Shown here: piece after piece, positions 1 to 12,459 of the stretch
How positions within the stretch are numbered: position 1 is the stretch's first letter
Layout of the letters: each line of letters begins with the position of its first letter
From: Syncephalis fuscata S228
Taxonomy: Eukaryota > Fungi > Zoopagomycota
Direction: 5' to 3'
Length of the DNA stretch: 64,000 nucleotides
Assembly: GCA_025786725.1 (NCBI GenBank)
Contig: JAHLTZ010000006.1
Coordinates: 372,001 to 436,000, forward strand
Translations under genes and position numbers: made by a program
The notes under the pieces: model-generated
The model's input: the letters and a program-made list of their open reading frames with translations, nothing else
What the model was told of the DNA's origin: nothing
Database searches by the model: none

Positions 1-32
1 CCAATCCTGTAAAGATTGAACGGAAAGGATCG

Positions 33-1949
33 ATGGCAGGTCGTATTGAAGCATCAGCCCGTGCATTATGGCGTCGATCAACAGCATCATTGGCCGATAT
101 AACGCGCAATAATGAACAGAGTCCTCAGCTTGATCAGGTACCGAATAGTACACAGGTGGCACAAATAGCGGCTGCAAACATTGTTGCTGCCACTCAAGAT
201 ATGACACCAGAGGATATGCTTAGACGGCATTCACTATCTCGTCGTCATTCAACGATCTATTCACTGGCATCGAAGTCATCAAGTCCACGACATTCGATAG
301 CATTATCGGAAGAATGTGCACAAGCCGTGTTGTCACCACCGTTTGTTAACCATGCTATACGCACATCTATTAGTTCAAATCGACCAGCTAGTCCATTGCA
401 GCATCCAGACAACAGTAAGGTATTACAGTGGCGATATCCACGTCTACGGAGACTGCTGTGCCTAGTATGCCAGTTAAGAAAATGTCTATGGCCTCTACTC
501 ATCCATTACCACCATTATCGGCACTATCTAATAGTCATACGGCGATAACGGATTCGGCAGCCACGGCAGCCATTCTATCCGCCACGGCTCGACCTGGCAC
601 CTTCCGACGACGAAGCCGTTTAGTGCCGCCGGTACAACAAAGTACACCGCCATTACGTCAACTGCACGATCGATCAGTTGCGCTTTTACAACGATTACAA
701 AAAGCGGAACCACGGGCATTGAATCGACGATTGAAACGTGCCTATGATGCGGAAGAATTGGCCACACTAGCTAGTTCGGTACTTGATGATGTTATGGATG
801 ATGTACATACTCTACCAGATCGATTTACCTGGTTACTCTACCCAAAGACACAGATAAATGGCAAAATCCTGTGGAGACAATTGATACAGAGACAGAACAA
901 GCGAGTGATATGAATCAAGTACCATTTACTACAACACTGGGCGATTTTATTGCTATTGTTGATTTGGTAGCTCGTTTATTAGAGGAAGCAGTCGAGTTAC
1001 AGCGTACAATAAACTCATTGGCGCTATCCTACGTACAAGCGACCGAGGAGCGAAGTCGTGAGGCAGTAGGCACGGATTATATTGGCGATGCGATGCACGC
1101 GGTGTGGCAGGTGCGAGGCTCTACGGGCATTGGCGGTGGTGAAGAGGCAGCGACAGCGTTTGCAGCATATGACATCGCAGTAGGTGTCTTTTTCTACGCG
1201 CGAGAGAGAAAGAAATATATAGATAGATAGAGATATAAAGATATATAGCGTGTATGGATATGGGAGAGTGATATGGGAATCTATTAACATGACACTAACA
1301 TGATACTATTTGTTTATTATTATTATAGCGTATGAAACAGAGTAATCAATCAGCGGCACGAGTGTATCAATCAATGCCTAATCGACGTGGTGCTACTATC
1401 GGACCGGGTACATGGGCTGATTGGGCTCATCAACAGTTTGTCGGATTACGTAGACAACAGGCGATGCAAGCAAATACGATATCACCACAACGCGGTACCA
1501 TTTCAGATGATGTAACGAATGGAGCGTTTGGACGACGTCGACCACGACTTATTACCTTCCAAAGCAAGCCAACCATCTATTCAGGCGAGAATGGTAATAG
1601 CAATGGTAATACCGAGTCATTAATAGCATCTACTTCTACGAGTGCACCACTACCACCACCACCAACTGTTCCCATAACCCGTGTACTTACTGCTCGTGAC
1701 GTGCTTTTAAATCGAGCAGGCTGGACACCTAGTGGTGATGATACTAGTGGTGGCAATGATACATCAGCAGCCGCTAATGATGCAAGTGCCATGCTAAAAA
1801 GACGAGAGACTATTGCCGCCATGGAGCGGAATAGTGCACGTCAGCGTGCTTCATGGTGGTGGCCACAGCCATTAGCAGCTTATTTTGTCGGTACGGCTAA
1901 TACGGTAAATAGTGGTAGCAGCAGTAGCAATAATGGTATTACTTCTTAA
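33..1949 (+). CDS. Hypothetical protein, S/T/P-rich with a helical core; split by two apparent 1-nt frameshifts (~425, ~865) and an intron before 1330; 5' end uncertain near the window edge
   Basis: Consecutive same-strand ORFs 33-548, 428-913, 871-1230 and 1332-1949 with coding-like composition; AT-rich stretch ~1200-1329 contains CTAAC and ends in TAG. Confidence 0.6.
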
Positions 1950-2143
1950 AAGACTATTCATTCAGTCATCCATTCATTCATCTAATCATTTACTCAGTAC
2001 TTATTATTAGTATGTGTATTCTTTATAAGTGTAACATTTCATTCTTTGATCCACAGTTAAAAGCACAATATAGTTCATTTTTGTAGTATTAGCAGTTGTA
2101 TATTTATATAGGATGATTGAAAGCTTTTATTAAACAAATGATA

Positions 2144-3561
2144 TTATCGAGCTGTTTTGCCTTTACCAATAAATGACCATTGGTTCTCGGTAGTGACGAG
2201 TTTAACGGTGGCAGCGGCAGTAGCGCGCCATTTACCATGACATACGCCGTATTTCTTCTCTAGCGAATACATTGCTTTAACTAGTTTTGGTACATGTTCA
2301 TCCTGATGATCAAGTGCTAAATTAAAGATGATGGGCCAGCTATAGAGGCGTGTATCGCTAAATGGTTCCAGTATGGTTGCGCTATCGATAGGTGGTCGGC
2401 CTTGACAAATGTAAACGACGAGTAAATAAAGCCATAACGAGCGTATTAAGCGCAGCTGCAATGAAGGTGGTGCTAATATCGAATAGAATTGATCAATTGC
2501 ATGACAGGTTGTAATAACGTGTAGTATAAAAAAGTCAAATAGTTGATTACGTGCACTGCCAATATACATATCAACTGCCAATAGCTGTAGTGCTACTCGG
2601 CTTGTTTCAAGTTGATCTACACCATTATATTCGTTACTTTAGTATAGTTATTATCTCATAATTAAGATGATGGGGTTACCTTTATTAATAGGGGCCGTGT
2701 TGAAATATTCTTGGATAATTGATTTATAATTATTTAAAAGTGGTAATATGAGTACGAGCACTTGTTCATTCTTCCAATTAAAAGAATCTAAACGATGGTC
2801 TTTGCGTACATTATCTAGAATAGTTTTAAAATTACTATTATTTTCAATTGCATTATGGTTGTTATTAGCACTATGATGGTTGTACAATTCATCGGCATAA
2901 GGAATAATCGATAGTTCGGCACAGCTAGCATAAGCAAGTGCTTCGGCCAGCACGAGTGAATTGCGGTATTTTACTGCATAGCCTAAATGTATGGCGGGAT
3001 GTCCAACCGCACCTATAGGCCTGTAAAAACGAGGGGTAAATAATGGGTTATAGCTGCGTCAAATCCCAAATCGGCTATCTTTTGATCGAAATAGTTTAAA
3101 AACGCTGAATAGTATCTATATTAAGTATTAGGATAGTTGTCATAATAGATTTGTATAACCTGGATAATTACTCTGGATCTTCAATTGGACGGTATGGTTG
3201 GTCCAGTCCAAGGTGCTCTTTCGGCGGTCGTAAAGGAGCTAAGCGTTGCTTTTTATGTTCATAACAAGCATTAAGACGCGCTTCATCGGCTATTACTATT
3301 ATATTAGTGGCTAATTTGTATACTCGGGTAAATATTACCGCCAAGTTCTGCTAACGAATATAAGGTGTAGACAATATGATTTGTATAACACGTCTCATAG
3401 CGAATATCTAATAAAGCATGGTTCTTGTTAAGTAGGTAGTGTAGTGCATTATGAATATTGGTATCTTCATTATTTCTAGCATTGATATCTTGATCGTATT
3501 TAATCTTTTGATCTGCGCATAACATGGTGTTTAGTAATGGCTTTTGTTTATCTCTACCCAT
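2144..3561 (-). CDS. Questin oxidase / HypA (AflY)-like oxidoreductase family protein, multi-exon
   Basis: Motifs YTNHIVYTLYSL, GHPAIHLGYA...LAEALAYA, DFFILHVIT and DEHVPKLVKA match the questin-oxidase-like family pattern. Confidence 0.75.
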
Positions 3562-3920
3562 TTGAAGACGATTGCATAAAGTACCATTATATAGTTAGAC
3601 ATGATCAACGTTGATGTTTAAGCAATAAATATAGATGATTTATTATTATGGCGATTATTGTCGCTAGGGTGGGAAATAGTTTATAGGCATGTCTCGGTAA
3701 AGTTAGTCATGTTTATTCTCATCGGAATATGTTTTAGTTAGCAATAGCGAATAATTTGTGTGGTTTTAATTTATTAGTGTTTATTAACCTTATTAAATTG
3801 TAAATGGCTATTATGTAATACATATTAATCATAAGTCATTTGAGATTCATAATATAATTTGGTAATTTGTATTTATTTAGTTGAAAATGTTAACAATCTT
3901 GTTGTATAATATATAGCAAA

Positions 3921-4968
3921 TTATCGATAGTCATTGTAGCCATCATCCATATATTCATCGTAATCGTTGTCATAAGCATGACTGCTTGCTATATCTTTTC
4001 CTTTATCGATATTAAGCGATTCTCTTTCTAATCCCGAACTGTTATAATAACTATTATTATTATTATTATTATTGTTGTTGTTTTATTATTATTGCTATTA
4101 TTATTGCTATGGTTAGCTGTTCTTTGTTCATTTAATGTACCATTGCCCATAGTGTCACTGTAATAATAATCACTATTACCATAGCCAAATATACCGTAAT
4201 CTTTAAAGTCATCCTCTGCTTCGTAGTCACTGTCATATTTATCGACTTTTGCTTTAACTTTATCCTTTTTCAAATCCTTGAATTCTGGTGTTGTCGAAGT
4301 ACGTGCTGGCACTACCGGTACTTCTTCTGTCATATTTGAATTACGTCCTCGACGAGCACTTCTTTTATTGGTATGAGCAACCTGGGCGCTACAGGAAGCG
4401 ATGCAATATCCGCATCTGGATCATACGTAAATCTTTCAGCGGTTAAATTGTGGATATGATCTGCATCAGCCTCGTCTTCAAATCTATCCATACATTCTTG
4501 ACAGGTCGCATATTCACGTTTCTTCCACTGAGTGGCATTGTAGGCGGTTTTTGGTTTTAATTCAGAACAGTAAGAGCAGATTTGTGTGGGGATAGGATTA
4601 TGATTGACCGTACTACGAATCATACTTTGATTGCCACCACTGCCACTACTATGATTTGATCTGCCTGATACACTAGACGCTGGTTTGGGTGTTGGTTTAG
4701 CATAGGATGCTGAAGTGTGGTTACTAGTACTACTACCACCACCACCGCCATTACTGCACTGTAAGCAAAGAGGTGGTCGCTTTTTCTGAGCCATTTTAGC
4801 CAGTTGAGTGGCATTGAAATAATTGCGTGCCTTCTCTGTATTGCAGCCAAAGCAATGGATTAGTGCGCCCGAGGCACCACCTGTCTGAGACGACCGACCG
4901 CCGTAATTGCCACCACCTGACACTCCTTGTTTATGAAGATTCGATTTCCAAGCATCTCGTTTTGGCAT
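3921..4968 (-). CDS. Stc1-domain-like tandem zinc-finger protein with acidic/Tyr-rich tail (apparent frameshifts ~4340 and ~4085)
   Basis: Two CxxC...K..xF/YNATQ...CxxC units (CFGC...CLQC; CSYC...CQEC); reading continues to ...DDGYNDYR-stop at 3921. Confidence 0.6.
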
Positions 4969-5472
4969 ACTGTTAATTGTTGTGCGTTATTGTTACTATC
5001 ATTCACTTGAAGACGTTTAAATCAATTCAATTGACTAGTTTAAAGAACAATGAAGGCGTGTTCCTAGTAATGACAATGAAAGTGGTCAGTTTTTGGTAAG
5101 ATGACGCAAGAATATTGGATGATTCTAGTTGTCAATCAAATGTCACATGATTTAGACAATCACTTTGAATATCATTGTATAGAATGGATATAGAATTAGT
5201 ATTAATTTGTATGGTTATTGTATAAATAGCAGTAGCTTATAACTAGGACATTGTTATTTCTTTGTGTTTAATATGGATAGTAAATGATATTTATAACTAA
5301 TAGTTAAACAAATAAGTATTTGGTTGATTATGAATATTAAACATTTTATTAGTTAATTGCATTAATATTGAAAATTATTAATCATTTTCTATTTGAAATT
5401 ATCGCGTCAAAAACGCGCGCTTTCTTTTATTATTTGTTCTTTTATCTTTTCCCTTCTCTTTTCACTGCCATT

Positions 5473-8400
5473 ATGCCTACAAATACCAGAATTACGCGTC
5501 GAAGTCCCAGACAGCGGAAACAAGTGATTTGGAGGATACTGACCATATGCCGTCTAATGATGTATTGACCAGCGAGGCTAACGATATGGATATGGATACT
5601 GCCGAGTTGGAATCTACACCTGCAGTTGCAAGTACACCATGCATACTATACGGTAACGATTATTATTACTAATATGCGTTTACACAGTACTAATCTACAT
5701 AATAACAACAATAATAATAGATGCACTGTTAGCTGAGACTGTTCAAATCAGTTCATTAACTTCCAACTGGTTTCATACTTATAGCAATGACCCGGAAAAT
5801 GCACTTACTGAACTTATAAACGTGATTATTCGTGCAAGTATCTATTTATTTTAAAAGACATGTTATATTAATTAAAATCCATTAGACATCCAAATGTCTT
5901 GGCGGAATATCAACTAGCCAATTGGAAGAACAAGAAGGAATGGCCAATTTGTTAGAAACCATGCAAACGCAATTCAATAATGTAAGTAGTATCCATGATG
6001 TAAATACTAATACTATATGTTAATCAATAATTTAGTCAGGAAAGACAGACTATCCATTTACTGGTCGAGATAAGCCCAGTCGATTATTAAGAACCCATGT
6101 TTAGCTTTTTATGAACAATTGATATCTGATGCTAGTGAATCACAGTTATGGGATAATCGATTAGTAAATACGCTAATTACTTGGACAACAAGTATGTCTA
6201 GGTATGTAATATATATATATATATAACAACTAATTAACAAATCAACTATTAGCTCTCATTTCCGACCTTTCCGACATACCGCCACAACTATTGCTCTATC
6301 TTTAGGAAGTGCATTATGTTTTATTGGACAACGTACTACAACTACACTTCGTACATTAAGACAACAATTGGAGATGGAAGAGAAGAAGAAGACTGGTCGA
6401 TCAAACGTACAGCGAATTACCTCAATGAGAACACAATCTGATTCATTGGCCAGTCGACAACAAGTATGCGATGAAATGCTTGATAGTTTATTTGATGGGT
6501 AAGTAGAGCCTATTGTTACTATTAATTATAGTTATTAATAACAATATAGTATATTTGTTCATCGATATCGTGACATTGATCCAATGATTCGAGTGGAGTG
6601 TGTGACTTCTTTAGGTGAATGGATTATGCGATATCCAGATCGATTTATGGATACTCAATATATACGCTATCTGGGTGGATCTATGTCCGATAATGTAAGT
6701 GTATAGAATATTTAATATACCTATGAATTAACACTGTTTAACTATATGACACAATAAAGATGGCACAGCCACGAGTGGCCGCATTGCGTGCTCTTAGTAA
6801 ATTGCATCGAGATCGATCGTTAACAACCATGTTGGCGCCGTTAATGGAACGATTTAAACCGCAATTACTACAATTGGCTACTCGTGAGAAGGATATTAGT
6901 GTACGAGTACCGGCCATTCAGCTATCAGTTATTCTCGGTCGACAAGGAGCCTGGGAAACTGACGAGGAGCGTAATAGTCTCTGTCGACTTATTGTACATC
7001 CACAGTTGCGAATTCAAAAAGGTAAATAAATAGCAGATGACCGTAAAGAAATTGTATTTATATAAGATTTATAATAGCTATCGGTCCATTCTGTGCCCAA
7101 ATTATTAAGGAGGAATTTGTTGAACCGGCACTTGATGAGGCAAAGAATAAGATGAATCGACAAAATACGGCTATTAATGAAAGTTGGATTACTTTGAAGG
7201 CATTTGCCTTATTTTGTTTACAATCACTGAAAAGTGTTACTACCACCGATGATAATAGTAATGCGACACTACATGGTTTAACAACTATTAGTTGTATAGT
7301 TACAGCTTTATGGCATGAGGTCACTGGATTAAAGGTAAGAGGAGATTGGACATTGTATTGCTATTAAATGACTTTTAATTATGTTACAGGAATGGCGTTC
7401 ACTTATTGATTTATTGGCAATGGATCATTCGACAGAAGTAGGCGTGAGAAAGACGAGAAAGCGCCGATCAACTATTGATCAGTCTAGTATGGATTCACCT
7501 TCATGTTATATGTTAAATGAACAAGAAGAAGCGGTGCTATTAAATGTATTGGTTATATCTATTCAACTGTTGATGTCACCATCTGATAAGGGAATTGCCC
7601 GTCGCTCTAACAAGCAAGAAGTGAGTTAAATAGAGAAATAACCAAGTATTAGCATTAATTGTATATTGTATAATGTGTAACATAAATAAATTAGGCCCCA
7701 TCAGAAGAAATACGTAAAGACATTTCAACATATTTGGTTTCTATGCTGCCCATTCTATTCACTAAATATGGACCAGATGCTACACATGTGGCATCTCTAC
7801 TTGCCATAGTCCGTCTAATGGATCTTACCTGTTACATGACCCTAAATAAATCAGCAGTAAGTATTAATAATTACAACTCAAGCTATTAGCAGCTGATAGC
7901 TATGATTAGGCATTGGCTGACTTGCTAGAACAAGTGGCACGGGCATTTTTAAACTTTGATTACTCAATGTCAAGTGCCATGTCGGCTGCCGTAGAAACTT
8001 TACGGGCATGCGTATTTGTGCACCAGTGGCCCAACAAACAAGTATGAAACTTTTAGAAATACGCGATTCAGTTCTGGCACCTTTATGGACAGTATGTACT
8101 GGCAAGGTAAATAGGAATACACTGAGTGACTGGTCAAACAATAACATTTTGGCAGAAACTCTCTACGGATGCTTTTTCTAAAGAAGAACTCGCTACGCTT
8201 ACGACAGCTGTAACACGTATTGAAATCCTTTTACGACATTTGGATGTAGCAGATATATTACATGAGTGTCGTAAGGATGAAACAGTTGGTCAGCTATTAG
8301 ACCAATTACTTGATCGAATGAATATGGGGCGTGCAGAAGAAGTCAATGTAAGTCAATTGTAGCAATATGATGAATGGACGTTACAATTAATCTTGATTGT

Positions 8401-10089
8401 AAATTATAGCTATTGGAAGCAACCTTTAACATTTGCTATCGAGCTATTTTGTGGATGATGCGTGATTGCCAAGAAATGGAACCGAGAGCTGTTTACAATG
8501 GCACGTCAGTTGATAATGTGCATTATTTAGAATTGGCTCGTCATTTGCTTGAACATTGTACAAAAACAATAGCTGATGGGCCATCTAATATAATGAATTT
8601 AAAACAGCGTACTTTCAACATTGGATGTCAGCTTTACTGGATGATTTCAGTCAATACTGAGGCATTTAATGAAGATAATCCTATGATACAAAGTGCCATT
8701 CTACCTTGTTTGCCTGAAATACAGCGTAGCTATGCCCAATTCATAGAGTATTCAATTGAACAGTATAGTGATTTACTTGATGAAACAAACGAAGCCAATT
8801 CGGACGATGACGATGACAGCGATGACGGCGATGATCATAACGATGGCAAAATGATGGCAAATCGAATGACTTCTTTCAATGGTAGGCAGTTTATAACTAT
8901 ATTATATCTCTATAATTAGCTATAATGTTACGTATAGATACAGAAGCGGAACATTTACTATTAACCTTGCTTGGTTCATTTGCACGCTGTATTATCAGTG
9001 GTGTATTTGATCTATCACATGCTGTTTCTATCTTGGCCAGTCATGGCCGATTTGGATATGCATTTGATGAAATTATATGCACAGTTATCGAACAAGCTAA
9101 TCTAACGGCGAATCATCAAATTGGTGTTGCCACTCATGTGCTATCAGCCAGCTTAAAAGAGGTATTCGGTAATTTAGATACTGGTAATTAGCATGCTAAC
9201 GTTTATATAGTCATTTGATCACGTTACCTTTAAACGGCTATCGTCATTGGATTCAACATTAACACTGGCCCGCCTGCTATCGAGTAATATGCCTAGTAAT
9301 TCGCTTGTTGAATTCCACAGTGATGGTATTAGCTTTGTTATTAGTAAAATGGCTGGATATCATCGGGTTGGCAATAAGCGTACAAAAATGGATATGCTAA
9401 GATATTTCCGTGTACTATCCGTTTTTACCAAGTCATTATCGACTAGCGAAGCGACACAAATGTAAGTTATTAATATAATAAAGAGGATATATATATATAA
9501 CGTCAAAACTAGATTGGACTTTCTTACCGATACCTGTAAAGAACATGATATTCATCCAAATGGACGGGTCAAGGCATGGGATGCATATGATAGCTATGTC
9601 AAACAGCTTACGTTGGCCAAGGAAAAATCGGTACTATTGGACGAAAACCGTATTTTAGATTCACCACTACTGGCAAATAGTAATCAAAATGGCGGCGATC
9701 AAGCATTTGTAGCAATGGAAAAAGAGCACGTAGAACAAACGGCCATGTCTCCACTAGATGTAAAGCAGATGCGCAATGAAGTCTTTGATGCATCATTTAT
9801 GTCAACCGATACACCACCACGTCGTCATGCACTGCGACATCGTGATATTTCTCAACAACATGACGACGACTCGAATGATATAAGTATTCTTGACGATACA
9901 CCGACCCTTCGTGGTAAAAAGCGCGACTTTACCGCATCGTTGGTAGATGTCGATATGGAGAAAGACGCCGAGAAAGACGCCGATATGGTAGAACTATCCA
10001 CTGGTTTAGATTTAAGTGCAGCGGATACGTCGGGACCAGGTAGTCCACTCGTGACACGATCAAAACGTATTCGTGGACGTAATAACTAA
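5473..10089 (+). CDS. SCC3: Cohesin subunit Scc3/STAG (Irr1/Psc3-like), many short introns
   Basis: Spliced exons give RPFRHTATTIAL and FVHRYRDIDPMIRVECVTSLGEWI...FMDTQYIRYLG, hallmark STAG/SCD motifs. Confidence 0.9.
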
Positions 10090-10579
10090 TAATACAGCAT
10101 TGTATTAACAAGCCATATAATGAAGAAATCGCATTAAATTGCTAAAATTTAGGATTTACTATGCTATAGTGTTATGATTAGTTGGCTAAATAAAGAAGTT
10201 TACATTATTCAATTTATCAAATATATTACTGGCTAATGCTAGATATTAATAACTATATCTTATAGTTTGTTAATCTCAGTTTGCTAAATTAGATCATTTT
10301 TAATTTTGTAGTGTAGCCAAGGCAATTAGTCGATTGTCGTCGTGCTGTATAGGATTGATGATGATACCAATATTCGTGTTTAATAATATCAAAACCTTTA
10401 TTGTTAATATACGTATTTTTTATAATTAAGTAGCTATCAACATTTTACAGCTCTTCAGTAGCAGATATAAACAAATAACACATCTGGACTAGTAAATATT
10501 GCATGACATAACATTTATTTGGCATGATGGCCCAGATTAATGAATACTAGGCTATAGAATATTATCATCATGTATTTGT

Positions 10580-11499
10580 TTAAATTTTTGAAGGTTTAGT
10601 GACCCATGCACTATTAATAAGCTTTATCTGCAACTCATTAAGTTCCTTGGCAGGATTTTTACCATTGTTTACTGGTATAGCTTGTCGAAGATCCTTGATC
10701 AGAATGTTTGCCGATTTACCATTAGCATCGATATTAACGCAAATTTCTAGCTTTATGTCAGTATTATTTCAATGGAGTTTCAATAATAAACTTACCTTCA
10801 GGATTATAAGAGGTGTAGCCCCATCCTTGGTTTTGCAAATAGACTATTGCTATTATATGTATGAGCAGAAATTAGATATGTCAGCACGATAAAGCTATAC
10901 CATACCTTGTTGAAATTGTTTTTCTATATTAGCCTTGGCGTCTGCTGGTTTTGGAATTGCCGGATTGGTGGCATATTTCTCTATAGTGGTATCACATCTT
11001 GCCGTCGTTAAGTAGCATTGGCGGCCGTCGTTCAACTTAAATTGTCCTTTGACTTGTGGAACATACGGGTTATTAATCTGATTAACTTTATTTGCAATAC
11101 TCTGTAATGCGAATTTATGGTTATTTAATATTAGTTATTTGCTAGATTTCTTACGTTATAAATCATCAGTGACTCGTTTTCTGGAGTATCACGCACAACG
11201 CCACATGTAATATCCAAAACCTCGTTTAAGCGTGTGCCTTGTCCATGGATAATACCATATCCTTCACTTTTTAGTGGACTTGTTATTTTTACTTGAAGTT
11301 GATTCAAATATGTCGTAATTTGAGTTTCTAAAGATTAGATGCCAATTGAATTATTTTTTAACTTTTTAGCGGTGCAAAATATCAGCATTAGTGGCTATAG
11401 CTTACGATCGTTTGGCGCTGCTGTTGCATTTTGAGCCACTGATAGCAAGATCAGGACATAAGTAGTGGTAAATGAGCCAAGGTTACGTGTGAAAAGCAT
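10580..11499 (-). CDS. Small secreted protein-kinase-like (pseudokinase) protein, 5 exons, ~230 aa
   Basis: Manual splicing of four GT-AG introns gives an uninterrupted frame: MLFTRNLGSFTTTYVLILLSVAQNATAAP...SEGYGIIHG...PYVPQVKGQF...CYLTTARCDTTIEKY...QFQQAIVYLQNQGWGYTSYNPEEICV...ILIKDLRQA...KPSKI*. Confidence 0.7.
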
Positions 11500-12459
11500 G
11501 TTTAATGTTTAATCGTTCAACGAAAAAAAACAATTTAGTGGAGTTGTGAAAGTGAAAGGTTCGATTGATAATAGACGGTGTTGTTGATGTAGCAGTAGAA
11601 GCAATACGATTGTTGTTTTATACTAATAGCATGGCAAATTCTTGTCAATTTGGCGAAATACAAAAAAGTAAATAGCATTGCTACTTTGAAACAAAATAAG
11701 CAAGTTTAGTAACGGGTAATTATATGCCATTAATTGGGATTGATGAAACAAAGTAACGCTGTGATACCCCGCAATTATAACTCCTCTCCTGTTAAGCCGC
11801 CAATCGTGGATACGCCGAGATATATAGTAGTTGCCAGATCAAGTAATTTAAGCTATAAATATTTAAATAAAAGAGAATGTAATCGGACATTAAATTAACT
11901 AAAATGCTAAACGGCTAAACAACAGTATCAAACCAAAATGCAATATACTGCCAATAGTAATAATGGTAGCATATCGTTGTGAATCTAATTAGCCATAGGC
12001 CTTGAAATTATACGCGATCTTTATATTCTTAGTATACAGGCAGCATGTGGTCTATATAAATGCATGCATGGTTGTTTATATTTTAATAAACTATTACTTC
12101 TTAATTTATTATTTATTATTATTCAGATTGAATTCTTCACAATATACATAGCTTAATTTAATAGCTGATATTATTATATATTTTTATAAGCTAAATCAAG
12201 CGTTGAATTATTCATCGCACATTTGGACAATAATTATTTTATGCCTTGTTCAAGCTATGTCATGTTTGTACATTTCTCAGCTATCAAGCTATTTATTTCA
12301 TGATGTCTTTATGTTGTTTCGAGTAAAATGGATTACGCATTTAAAACATTTTATTGCTAATAAATTACATTTGAATTTTATAAGTTATTAGTAGCTCCTG
12401 TCACTAATCTAATGAATAAAACTAAATAGTGTATTGTTGTTGATAGGCCAGATACTAAT

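Noticed and set aside
415-428. 14-nt GTAAGG...CAG micro-intron that would join ORFs 33-548 and 428-913
   Set aside because: Far shorter than the ~45-80-nt introns elsewhere and has no branch point; a 1-nt assembly deletion explains the shift equally well
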